DNA from: Scyliorhinus canicula
Taxonomy: Eukaryota
Assembly (NCBI RefSeq): GCF_902713615.1
Contig: NW_024055474.1
Location: 1 to 37,254 of the forward strand
Direction: 5' to 3'
DNA length: 37,254 nucleotides
In this document: positions 9,650 through 20,410 of the stretch, piece after piece
Numbering within the stretch: position 1 is the first letter of the stretch
Layout: every line of letters begins with the position of its first letter
Position numbers and translations under genes: made by a program
The notes under the pieces: model-generated
What the model was told of the DNA's origin: nothing
Databases searched by the model: none
What the model saw: the letters and a program-made list of their open reading frames with translations, nothing else

Positions 9650-9930
9650 GTGCTGCGAACCCCACGAGCGATATTGTGAGCTGCCGCCCTCTTGTGGATA
9701 TCGGATAGATGTTCCGATGTCGGCGGCCCGAAGATGAGAGATTCTGTGGTTATTCAGTGACCCGGGCTGACGATTTTGATATTTGGAGAGCTGGACTTTT
9801 GCCGGACTGGAATAATATGCCGAGCAGAAAATTAAGTTTTGTATCTCACATTGCTCAGGCAGAACCTCGACCTCAAAGCATCTTTCAGGCAGGGAGATAA
9901 ACGTTCGTTTCGAGGAGGTCAGCTTATGTC
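9650..9930 (-). pseudogene. Possible highly decayed V-like (Ig superfamily) exon relic
   Basis: TTTACTGCTTTCAG acceptor, ~95 open codons, Cys at position 27 as in V gene A, RISHLRAADIGT resembling the E-F strand motif; core Trp, second Cys and RSS absent. Confidence 0.22.
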
Positions 9931-11171
9931 CTGAAAGCAGTAAAGACGTACTTCCAATGTCATTATGGTACCAAAGCCAGGGAATAACTGTTCACTAATC
10001 TTTGAACTACCTACATCATGTATAATATGGATGACAGACAATCAGTCTGAGTGATTCACACAGAACTACGTGATAAGTCGCACAAATAGAAATTAAATAG
10101 TGTCTGAGTCACGGATGTTAGAAAACCGTGATTGTTAGGAAATCAAGTGGAATAAGTGATATTTGGGAGGACATATCAATCAGGGGAGAATAGAGTGTTA
10201 CCGAGAAATTAATTCTCACTGACAATGAGAGAATTACAAGAAGCGATGCAAGGTGCAGGGTAGGTCCTGGGCGGCCCCTCCCCAAAGCAGGAAATGGTCT
10301 GTCAAATAGAAATACAAAATCTAGTCGGACTGAACTGCTGACCTAACCAAGGACAGAAATGGGCCATGGGAAACAATGTAATAGCACAATCGGGTTAAAC
10401 CGAAAGTAGTAAACACAATAACACAATGCTCAACATATCACAGACTTAAAACTGATCAAACTATCAGCTGCCAGCGCAATTGAAGGAATGGAAATGTCAG
10501 CGATTGAGCCGCCAGAAGTTTGCACTGTCTGCACCTTTTCATTGCTCAAGTGACTGAGGAGAATAAAACAAGTCTGTCGGCAGGAAGGACCCAAAATCAC
10601 AAACATTTAGGGAAGGAATAATGTCTATCTGAAAGTGTGACAGCTAGCTGCTTTCACACCCGCCTTGTCCACGTTGCCTTCCGTTTTTTAATTTATGACA
10701 ATATCCCTTTGACAAGTTCCTGTTTATCTTAGCCCTTTATCGTTTTGATGCGATATTCGTGGTAATAAGAAATCACGATGGAAAAAATAAAATTCATCTT
10801 TCACTATCCATCTTCCCATGAAATTGAAGTGATTTTGTCATTGAATCGTCTACCAATGAAAATAATTACAGGCAATCTACTCCAGCACAAGAGCAAAATT
10901 CGAAGGAGATAAATTGATTCTCCTTTCTACCTTGTTTATTCCAAGCAAAATAATCCAAATTTCCCTTATCTGTTTTCATAAACGTCCTTCATTCCTGGTA
11001 CTCTTCTGATATATAACATCTGCACTCCCTCCAACTTGTTAACATTCTTTGTACCTTGTATTTCACTGGATTTGGACAGAGAAGTCCAGCAATAATTTCT
11101 ACAGAGTTAAGAGCACGTTTCGATACAAACAGCAGAGTGACAAAACCTGTGTCCATATGGCTCCACTTTAT

Positions 11172-11513
11172 AGAATAGAATCATAGAATCACTACAGTAC
11201 AGAAGGAGGCCATTGGGCCATCGAGTCCGCACCGATCCTCTGGAAGAGTACTCCACCCAAGCCCACTTCTCCGCCCAATTCCTAAAATCCTTGAACCTAA
11301 TCTAAACATCCCTGACACTGAGGGACAATTTAGCATGGCCAATGAACCTAACCTACAAATCTTTGGACTGTGGAAGGAAACTGGAGCACCCGGAGGAAAC
11401 CCACGCAGACACCGGGAGAAAGTGGAAACTCCACACAGTCACCCAAGGCCGGAATTGAACCTGGGTCCCTGGCGCTGTGAGGCAGCAGTGCTAACCACTG
11501 TGCAACCGTGCTG
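11172..11513 (-). mobile_element. V-SINE (HE1-like)
   Basis: Reverse complement of head, V-domain and TTCTATGATTCTA tail. Confidence 0.85.
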
Positions 11514-11696
11514 AAATTTAGTTTTCTGTCAAACGTTCATGTCTGCAGACAAAATACTCACCGAATCTACTCAATAACCTCCTCCTAAGTTCTCCTATGG
11601 AGTACTTAGAATCCTCCAGCAGAGGGCTCCAATGTCAAGCATGGGCCTGATTAAGTCACGTCATAGCATTGACACATCAATGGGAACGGTATCCGG

Positions 11697-11706
11697 AGTG
11701 ATGTCA
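11697..11706 (+). promoter_or_regulatory. TCR V promoter CRE-like decamer upstream of V pseudogene B
   Basis: Exact AGTGATGTCA ending ~124 bp 5' of the leader ATG (11830). Confidence 0.6.
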
Positions 11707-11829
11707 CAATAGGCCTGACCCCCTGCAGTGTGTGGCTGGAACAATGAGCGGAACAGAGCCCGGGTTCCCGCTCTCCTCTCAATCTCTGCCTCATTCTATT
11801 CCCATTCACTCCGAGAGATTTAGTCAGAC

Positions 11830-12275
11830 ATGACTCTGTTAATACTGGCGGCGCTCTTGCATAATAAGTTCTGGGTTATGGGCTGGATTCTCCGGAACCT
11901 CAACCGCGTGTTTCTCGGATGGACAACTCACTCTCAGATTCTCGCAAATTGTGACTAACTCTTAATATTGCATATTTTCGCAGGCGGGCTATGCGCAGAT
12001 CCAATAACTCAGTCACCGGTGACAAAATCCGCATCAGAAGGAGGTTCAGTGCAGTTACATTGCGAATATACAGACCCGACTATGTACCACATGCTATGGT
12101 ATCAGCAAAAACCATCACAGCCGCCGAAATTAATCATCGTTAACATATTGACGATGAAGAAAGAGGAGATCTCAGGGCGATATCTGGCGGCAGCCAACAA
12201 GTCTAAAAAGATAGGTTATCTCAGTATAACCGCGCTCAGTGTGGAGGACGGGGCGCTCTATTACTGTGCATTGAG
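11830..12275 (+). pseudogene. TRAV/TRDV: Inverted TCR V pseudogene B (leader 11830-11863, V exon from 11984)
   Basis: Leader MTLLILAALLH; donor is ATAAGT instead of GTAAGT; V frame open (DPITQ...LHCEY...WYQQKP...DGALYYCALS); heptamer position reads AGCAGTG. Confidence 0.85.
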
Positions 12276-12311
12276 CAGTGTCAGATCGCAGAAAAAATAC
12301 GTACCAAATCC
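12274..12311 (+). promoter_or_regulatory. Defective RSS of V pseudogene B
   Basis: (AG)CAGTG + 22 nt + ACCAAATCC; the essential CAC is missing. Confidence 0.65.
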
Positions 12312-13627
12312 TCAGAGAGTATTTTCAATTCCAATAAATTTGCGTTCGTGCCCTTGTCCGGGGTGTTGGGGGAGGGGTTGATCTCGATTCGGGAACGTAC
12401 TCGGGTCTATGTATCCACCAATTACATTGCTGTCTCTGTCCTTGTACAGGCCAATAAAGGAGCGGTTTGGGATTACTGAGCTTAATCTGCATGTCGCCAT
12501 ACACAATAAATTTAAGACTGGAATATCCACTTCCGAGTAGAACTATTTCAAGTTCTCAGATGTGGCGATAATAAACTCTTCCAGGCCCATTAACTTAGGC
12601 GGGCCTAAGGCCACTGAGTCTGAGCCACTAGTTCCTGTAACTAAAGACAGAATGGACCAATCTGCTGTAGTTGTGAATACATAGACTGCACATTAGCTAT
12701 TTAACGAGGGGCTCACGGAGCAACAAGACTAACTTGTCAGACAGGACAATGTCCCTTTTCAGTCTTCATTAGAACATCGATTTGCCGATCGAAAATAAAT
12801 CAAATCTATGTTGACTCTTCCTGCTTTCAGTGGTGGAGTCGCCCCGATAAGGGACCTGATTCAGCTCGTGGTGAGCGGATGGTGAGCGATTGGTGCGGTC
12901 CATGATGAGCGCTGTAAAATTCATGGGGGCCTGATTCCTCCACAACTCACAAAGGTGCACGACCACAGGGCCGTGTATTCTTCCGGTCCTTCCAGGTCTT
13001 TTCTGCACATCTTTAGATCGATGGCAATCGGTGGATTGGCTCACACTGCTGAAATGCACAGAGTTGTGATCCTGTTCTGATCACAAGTACAGTGTACCCA
13101 CTGCGGCATGGGCTTACCTCTATCACTGTAATAACCTTCATGACGCTGAGCTGGCACAGCTCTGCGATGCTCTGTCGCCCTCGATAACAAACACCGACTC
13201 AGGAGATTGTGATACCTCTTCACGGACCCACGCACAGACGAACTTTGAGCAGGGTTTGGTTAGTCAGCCCCTTGAGCCGCCTCCATCGTTCAATAAGTTC
13301 GTGGCTGATGAGATCACCACATCAGATTCACATTTTGCCTACCCCCGATAAACATTGATTCCATTTTTAATCGAGATTACACGCACATCTCCCTTGAAAT
13401 ATTGAATGAACCTCCCTCAACGGTCTCTGCAGAAGAGGTCCACAGATTCACGAAGCTCGCCCAGAAAAAAATACAAAGATCTAAAAATCCCGTCTTGCTC
13501 CATTTTCACATATTCATTAGAAATGGCGATGGTCTTTCTGACCGTCCTCTCGCATCCACCTTGAGAGATGAATATCACCCCCCCCCCCCCCCCGGCCACA
13601 ACCTACACCCCTCCCCCTCTCGGTGTT

Positions 13628-13667
13628 GGTTTGTTTCTGGGATCGTCTGTCTTTCTGCTATAATGTG
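13628..13667 (-). promoter_or_regulatory. Degenerate RSS of V pseudogene C
   Basis: CACATTA + 24 nt + AAACAAACC; spacer shares GATCCC with the V gene D spacer. Confidence 0.55.
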
Positions 13668-14120
13668 ATTGACGTAACAGACATATATAGGAATATTTAT
13701 ATTTGTGTACTGGTATTTCTCTATGTATGTGTCATATTGAGATCACTTCTACCTTTGCTGCTACTCAGATTCTCTCAAATCAGATGGAACAGGCTGCCCG
13801 GATACTGACTGTGGATCGTCAGGATCGATTGCATTGATGTGTGGCGTCCGTATCCTCTTCAACCCTCACTTCAGCGTCCAACTGTTCCATTGGGTCTTGG
13901 TGGCTCCAGTCTGACAGAAACGGACAGAAAACAATAATAATTTCAAAATTCAGAATCAGCCTCATATAGAACAACGTAATGGCCACCCGCACCATACTCA
14001 TTATTATTTCATTAACAATAATATCTGGTTACACAGTGAGAGGAGAATGGGGGGTTTTGCAGTGAAGGAAATACTGAGCAGCGAGATCATAACGAGGAGA
14101 GCGAGAGGCGTTTCCCCGCG
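13668..14120 (-). pseudogene. Decayed TCR V pseudogene C, paralog of V gene D
   Basis: Acceptor TTCTGTCAG then WSHQDPMEQLDAEVRVEE...C, with stop and deletions; leader remnant LALLVMISLL has no ATG and no donor; upstream 14130-14420 homologous to 17080-17300. Confidence 0.82.
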
Positions 14121-14612
14121 ATAGTTCCTGAATCAATCGCTCTTTCGCGCAGGCCATTTTCTGTCAGAGCAGCAATCCAGATTCAGGTCCCACTGCATTG
14201 CTGATCCAACCAATGACAGGAATCGAGCAGCGGCAGCAATGTCTGGAATATCCCAATGGTGTTAGAGCGAGAGCAACAAACGGAAGCTGTGACCGAGGCA
14301 CCGCAGACTCAAAGCTGAAAAAGTTTGCGGCCATTATCAGCTGCAGTCACAAGTGATGGGGCGGAAATAGCGACAGTTGACCATCCTGCAGCCTGTGACC
14401 GTCTGCACCTGCACCAGATTCAACTGACGCTACCTGCACCTATTTGAAAGAACTTTTTCTATTGCCCTTTTCACCCTGCATTTAGATCACGGTTGATTTT
14501 CTGTTGTCAAGTTCTGACAATATCTTTTCAAATGTTCTTCTCTCATCACTTTTTGCGCGAGACTCCAAATGGTAACAACTCACAGTGCGATTAACACCAT
14601 TTCTTTGCGCGT

Positions 14613-14684
14613 GGTGCGGTGGCCAAGAGGAAAGGCGTTGGTTTCGTAAACCAAAGATCGCGGGTTCGAATCCCGTCCGTGCCT
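14613..14684 (+). tRNA. tRNA-Thr-CGT: tRNA-Thr(CGT), variant or pseudo
   Basis: 72-nt cloverleaf GGTGCGG...CCGTGCC-T; anticodon arm TTGGT-TTCGTAA-ACCAA; T-loop TTCGAAT; close to the vertebrate Thr-CGT sequence. Confidence 0.88.
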
Positions 14685-15399
14685 TGGTGTCGCTGCTCGG
14701 CTCCCCGGAGCTCTTTGTGCTGAGCCAATCAAAGTCGTTTGATTCATCCTTGCCCGCAACAGGAAATGTCATCCCTTTATAAACATTGAACCTTCAGTTG
14801 ATGGAAATAATTCCATACAATCTGGTCTCTCAGAAAACAAAATTCTGAGCACATCACATGAGGATCAGGAGGTCATGGCGGATTTGAGGAAAATAAACTA
14901 CCTGGAAGGGTGGTAGAGGCAATCCTTTAAATAGTACCTGGAAAATGGGGTAGGTCGGGTGTTTTTCGCGCGTTGGTGCAGACACGATTATCTGAACTGT
15001 GTGTATCTGCGATTCTGAGTGCTATTACATTCCAGGTATTAGGTTAATTCCACGAGTTACAAACTTCCAGGTTTGCCACATTTATATCCAGATATTGCCT
15101 TGTCTTTCACTGGAGCGTCGGTGGCAATCGGAGGAATGCTGCAATGAAGCAAGATGTGATAGTTTTCTGATAACAAGTACCGCGAACCGGCTGCGGCATA
15201 GCCTTCACCGCACCATTGAAGGATAACACACACTCACTCGGGAAAATGCAGGGCCTTTTCATTACCATATGAACATCCGACGTAGGAGCAGGGAGTTGGC
15301 CAATCGGCCACTCGAGTTACTCCACAATTCAATGACATCATGGTTAAGGTGACCATTGCCTTAGCTCCACATTCCGGATAACCCACGGACGCTGGTAGA

Positions 15400-15918
15400 G
15401 GTATAATCAGTAAGTTCGCAGATTCCAACAAAATTGTTGATGTGGTTAATAGTGAGGAGGAAAAACTTTGAATAGTGGCAAATGGACTCTGAAAAGTGCG
15501 AGGTGATGCATTTTGACAGGACTAAAAAGGCACGGGAATATACAATGAACGGTAGGACTCTGGGAATTACAGTAACCAGAGGGATCCCGGCTGCGGATCC
15601 AAAGACCCCTGAAGGTTGAACGCAAGTTGTTAAGAAGGCTTATGAAATATTTGAGTTTATTTTCCGTTGAATATAAGATCAGGGAGGTTATGATGGAGCT
15701 GTAGGAACGCTTGTTGGGCCACAGCTGGAGTATTGTGTGCAGCTCTGGTCACTACACTGTAGCAAGGATTTGATTGCAGTAGAGAGGGTGCAGTGGAGAA
15801 TCACCAGCATGACGCCGGGGATGGAGTGTTTCAGCTGTGAAGAGAGGCTGGTGAGGTTGAGGTTGTTTTCCTTGGAGCAGAGAAGGCTGAAGGGGGACTT
15901 GATTGAGGTATATAAAAT
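15400..15918 (+). mobile_element. CR1 LINE ORF2 (RT) fragment
   Basis: ISKFAD...; IAVERVQWRITSMTPGM...EERLVRLRLFSLEQRRLKGDLIEVYKI. Confidence 0.82.
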
Positions 15919-16078
15919 CCACCTAATCCACCTATTCTGCATATTTCTAGCCACAGCATATTTTTGGATTGAGGGAGGAAACCAAATCAGACAGGGGGAG
16001 ATGCACAAACTCGTCCAAAGACTGATTGATTCTGGGTCCCTGGCGATGTGAAGTAGCAGTGCTAGCCACTGTGTCACC
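15919..16078 (-). mobile_element. Degenerate V-SINE fragment
   Basis: CCACCTAATCCACC and CTGGGTCCCTGGCG...CAGTGCTAGCCACTGTG match the SINE reverse complement. Confidence 0.55.
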
Positions 16079-16477
16079 CCAAATAACCTAATTCTTTGAC
16101 CACGTTTTTGACCACACAACCCAAATGTTCCTCGCAAACTCCTTGGGACATGTAATGATGGGAAAAGCTCGACATGTACATAAATTGCTGCATTTGTTGT
16201 AGTTCAGTGAGACCTGTTAGTTTACTCAGTGAGTGAGTCTGTACACCATGATATGAACAAGAAGCAGGAGTTAAGGAATCACAGATCAATTCGTCAATCT
16301 TATATCTGTTATGAATGTATGTTGCAATCGTCAACTGTTATAACTGTGCAAGTGGACCTCACCTCTTGCTGTTTTTGAGTGTTGTTTTCTTACAAATTAT
16401 GTCACTCTGAGTATGGAAACTGAACTGCCCATGAGGACGCGACCCCTGCTGAGCAGCAGCTAGAACTGCCAGTGTGG

Positions 16478-16517
16478 GGTTTTTGTACGGGATCCCCCAT
16501 ATCTCTGTAGCAGTGTG
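16478..16517 (-). promoter_or_regulatory. RSS of V gene D (24-nt spacer)
   Basis: CACACTG + 24 nt + consensus ACAAAAACC. Confidence 0.88.
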
Positions 16518-17022
16518 GGCGCCATGGCACAGAAATACACGGCGCTGTCGGAGACCATTGTATTACTGATCGTTAGCTCGGTAGTCTTGTTCTTTTTATC
16601 AAACGTAGAAGAAAACCGATCATTGAGGTCGGTGTTCCTTTGCACATTTTGTCCAATAAGACGAAACATGTACATTGGAGCTTTACCGGGCTGCTGACTG
16701 TACCAGTACACATAAGGGTTAGAATCGCTTGTTTTCAAGGTGCAGGTTAATGTAACTTCACTTTCCTCTGTAACCGTTATTTCGGGTTTCCTTTGTTCCA
16801 CGGTGTCCTGGTGGCTCCATTCTAACATAAATAACAGCGACAATGACAATCAGAGTCAGCCTCATATTAAGCAATAAAATAATCTCTAAAATAATCATTA
16901 TAATTTTACCAATAATAACATCTGGGTTACAGCAGTCAGGAAGACAATGGGGTGTTGCTGGGAAGAAAATACTTACCGAGAAGTGAGATAACGATGAGGA
17001 GCGAAGCGAGATGGTTCCTCAT
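16518..17022 (-). CDS. TRAV/TRDV: TCR alpha/delta V gene D, open frame (leader 16977-17022, V exon 16518-16821)
   Basis: Leader MRNHLASLLIVISLL, G|GTAAGT donor; acceptor TATGTTAG; DTVEQ...TLTC...YWYSQQPG...DSAVYFCAMA. Confidence 0.92.
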
Positions 17023-18073
17023 GATCCTTCTTGAGTTTGTAATTCTGCAATGAGATAAATCCTGTGTCAGAGACAGAAATACAGACCCCCGTCACACTGC
17101 TGATCCGACCAATGAGAGGAATGAACCAGCAGCAGCAATCTCTCCAGTAACACAATTGGGTCAGAATGAGAGCAGCAACCGGAAGCTGTGTGAATATTGA
17201 GTGAAGTGTGCGGTGACTCTCAGCTGCACTCGGAACTCTGGAGCGGAAATAGCGACAGTTGAATCTTCACTGCACCGTGACCATCCTGCACCTGTTCATC
17301 GTGCAAGTCACTGAGAAGAATTAGATCGGGAAGGACATGACGGACTAGAATTTAGAATCTTCGAGTCAGGGATGAGGCCACACGATCTGTATTGCCCGAG
17401 ACACTTTGAAATCGTTATCTTATTCTTCTTTCAAAAACAGCATTTTCTATATACCCCGGTAATTCTATATGCCCCGGTAATTCCCTTTACATTTCCTTCT
17501 AAAAGTTATTGTTGAATCTTCTTCCTTTATTTAGACACGTCATCGAAAGTTTAGCAAAGCGCAGTGTCCCTCTCCATTCGGTCAACTCTCAGCCTTTATG
17601 GGGCAGCGGGAAACGTGTGACCATGTCGCCCTCTGGTGGATATAATCAGAACTTGACACCGTTCGGACACTTGATGAAAATAGAAAATCAGAATATCAAT
17701 TCTAGGGGAATTACCGCAGAAGGGGAAATATACACAGAGCTTGCAGCTTGTCTCCAAAGATCATCGACACCAGTTGAACAGAGAGGAAATATAAGTTAAT
17801 ATTGGAGCAAGGTTGTTGTGGTTTGTTGTTGTTCATTGTGCAGCTCAGAACGGGAAATACCGACAGGCAGGCAGCTGGGAATTTTCCTTCTTAAATTCAT
17901 TTGATTATTGTTTTATGTCCTGGTAAGTGTTGCGCAAGCCTGGACATTCACCAACAGCATTTCTTTAGAAATTGACGCCACACAAACGCACACTCCCAAC
18001 TGTACGGGTATATTTTCATATTAAGAATGAGTATAATTTATATAAAGAGGAAATCCATCCACATAAGAGACTT

Positions 18074-18220
18074 AGCACAATAGGCTAAATAGCTGGCTTG
18101 TAATGCAGAGCAATGCTCGCAGCGCGGGTTCAATTCCCGTACTGGCCTCCTCGAGCAGGCGCTGGAAGATGGCGACAAGGGGCTTTTCACAGTAACTTCA
18201 TTAAAGCCTGCTTGTTGTTA
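18074..18220 (+). mobile_element. Short tRNA-derived SINE (third family)
   Basis: GGGTTCAATTCCCGTAC...GGCGACAAGGGGCTTTTCACAGTAACTTCATT; related to 30903-30995 and 36930-37098. Confidence 0.7.
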
Positions 18221-18330
18221 TTCTTAAATGTAAGAGGTATAACGACAAGCAAGGTGGTCCGCTGGTGAGAGATCTTCGACCCCCTCTGATTATAACATCG
18301 CTGAAGTGTTATGTGCAGAAACGCTTTGAC

Positions 18331-18368
18331 AGTTTTTGTACAGGTTCAGCGTGTTCTGTGTGTCTGTG
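18331..18368 (-). promoter_or_regulatory. Non-canonical RSS of V gene E
   Basis: CACAGAC + 22 nt + ACAAAAACT. Confidence 0.8.
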
Positions 18369-19103
18369 GGTCTCAGTGCGCAGTAATACACCGCACAGTC
18401 AGTCAGCTGTGCCTTCGAGACTTTCAGCGGAACTGTCCGACCAGATTCATCGAACTTCGCTGAAAAGCGGTTCTCTGGAATGCCGTCCGTTTTCTCGCTG
18501 TATCTGTTCCTCTGCAACAAGTACTCCAAGGAGCCGCTGGGATACTGACGGTACCAGAATAGGTAAGGAACGTCGCTGCTTGTAGATGTGAAATTACAGA
18601 ACAATTCAATGTCACCTCCTTCATGGACTGAGGTTTCAGCTGGTGTCTGTGAAACCGAATCTCCTCGACAATAACCTATAAGAGCCCAGAGCGATAGTAA
18701 ATTAAACAATGTCGCTCCATTATCTATCCCCATAATCAGCCGATCACTCCCAACAATTACCTGGGAATTAAAGAAGTGTTAAAGAAGCAGAAAGACATTC
18801 CCTACAAAATGTGAGTCATGGAGGAGGGGTTTGAACAACTTTCAGCACTTTCCAGCGGGGTAAGATTAGGGGCAGTGGGGGAGAATGCGAATATCCAGAA
18901 GGGTTTTTAATGTTAAATTCAGATCGGTCTGAATGATTGTTTCTGCACTTAGAATCAAGGCATGGATATTTCTGTGTTCTCTATACTGACCGCTTAAATA
19001 TAAAGTATGAGATAGATGTGAAACGCAGAGTTACATAGCATTCGAACTTACCAGTTAAGACAGCAGCAGCTGTAAAGATAAAGGAAAAACTGACAGTGAA
19101 CAT
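18369..19103 (-). CDS. TRAV/TRDV: TCR alpha/delta V gene E, open frame (most likely leader 19052-19103, V exon 18369-18675)
   Basis: Leader MFTVSFSFIFTAAAVLT, G|GTAAGT phase-1 donor; acceptor CTCTTATAG; DSVSQ...LFCNF...FWYRQYP...DCAVYYCALR. Confidence 0.87.
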
Positions 19104-19304
19104 GTTCACACAGAGATGATGGCGGGGTTTGACGAGGCTTCTTCCACCTGAAATAGTTTTAATTCCAGAATAGGGTGAAAGTTGACTCATATCCAGCCTC
19201 TTTGCGGATTGGCTAGTTCTTGACAGAGACAGCAGCGGATAACCAATCAACCATTATTCTTCAAATCATCCAATCAACTCGCAGTTTCTGTGTTCTTCGA
19301 TTCG

Positions 19305-19312
19305 TGACGTCA
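19305..19312. promoter_or_regulatory. Perfect CRE palindrome upstream of V gene E
   Basis: TGACGTCA ~200 bp 5' of the leader ATG; CCAAT motifs near 19242 and 19270. Confidence 0.55.
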
Positions 19313-19819
19313 GTGCGGGGAGGAGAAAACAGTGAAATTGAACCTAAAATTCTCACCGAGTGTAAATTGTTCCGTTCGAAATTGGTTATTATTTGATCCG
19401 TCCTATTGATTAGAAGGCGATGAACTTCCACAGGAGGACATGCTTGTTAAATAATTCTAAAAGTGTTCTCTCACATCTAGGAACTGTTTATGTAGAGAGT
19501 CCACGGTTCGCCCATGAATATATCAAGTCAGTGACATATTTAATGTGGCATCAGTGCCGGGATTAACATTAATCTTTCTGCTGTATCCCGCTGCTGTTGT
19601 ATATTTGTCACGGATTGTATGTTGTGAATATCAATCTTCACACCGACAGTGTTCCTCTGACCAGACGGCACGCAAATAGTTTCAGTTCAGAATTTATTTA
19701 TTCAAGCTATAGAAGGGGAGCTAAACACCCACAAGGTGATTTATCAGCTCTCGGATCATAGAGAATACAGAACAATTATATTTTTCATATATTTCAGGTA
19801 ATTAACATACACTAACAAT

Positions 19820-20069
19820 GCACAGTGGGTAAAACTGCCAGTGGGTAGCGTCAGGGACCCGGGTTCAATTCCGCCCTTGCGTGACTGTCTGTGTGGAGTT
19901 TTCACATTTTGTGTGGACTTCCTTCCGGTGCTCCGGGTTTCTTCCATGGATGTGCAGGTTAGGTGCAGTTACAGGGCGGACGATTGGGCCGAGGTAGGAT
20001 GGTCTTTCTAAGTATCCCTGCGGACTAGTTAGGCCGAATGGCCTCTTTTTCCATTGTGGGGATTCTATG
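19820..20069 (+). mobile_element. Diverged V-SINE
   Basis: GGGTTCAATTCC box, TGTGTGGAGTTTT..., GGCCGAATGGCCTC tail. Confidence 0.7.
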
Positions 20070-20090
20070 TCACAAACAGTAGATTACATC

Positions 20091-20410
20091 GGGCAGCACG
20101 GTAGCACAAGTGGTTAGCACTGTGGCTTCACGGCACCAGGGTACCAGTTTCGATCCCCCGCTGGGTGACTGTGCGGAATTTGCATGTTCTCCCCGTGTCT
20201 GCGTGGGTTTCCTCCGGGTGCTCCGGTTTCCTCCCATTGTCCAAAGATGTGCGGGTTAGGTGGTTGGCCATGCTAAATTGCCCTTAGTGCCCAAAAATGA
20301 TTAGATGGGGTTATTGGGTTACGGGGGTAGGGTGGAAGTGAGGGTTTGAGTGGGTCGGTGCAGACTCGATGGGCCAAATGGCCTCCTTCTGCACTGTATG
20401 TTCTATGATC
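20091..20410 (+). mobile_element. V-SINE (HE1-like)
   Basis: Full head, V-domain and CTGCACTGTATGTTCTATGA tail. Confidence 0.88.

Noticed and set aside
12769-13059. 96-aa ORF starting SVSQS as another V gene
   Set aside because: No Cys/Trp/YYC framework and no RSS.
14581-14619. Isolated CACAGTG heptamers (14581, also 14032 and 19821) as D/J RSSs
   Set aside because: No nonamer at 12- or 23-nt spacing and no adjacent D/J coding segment (no FGxG motif seen).
18761-18798. 38-nt ATG-containing exon as the true leader of V gene E
   Set aside because: It ends in phase 2 while the V acceptor needs phase 1; a better in-frame leader exists at 19052-19103.
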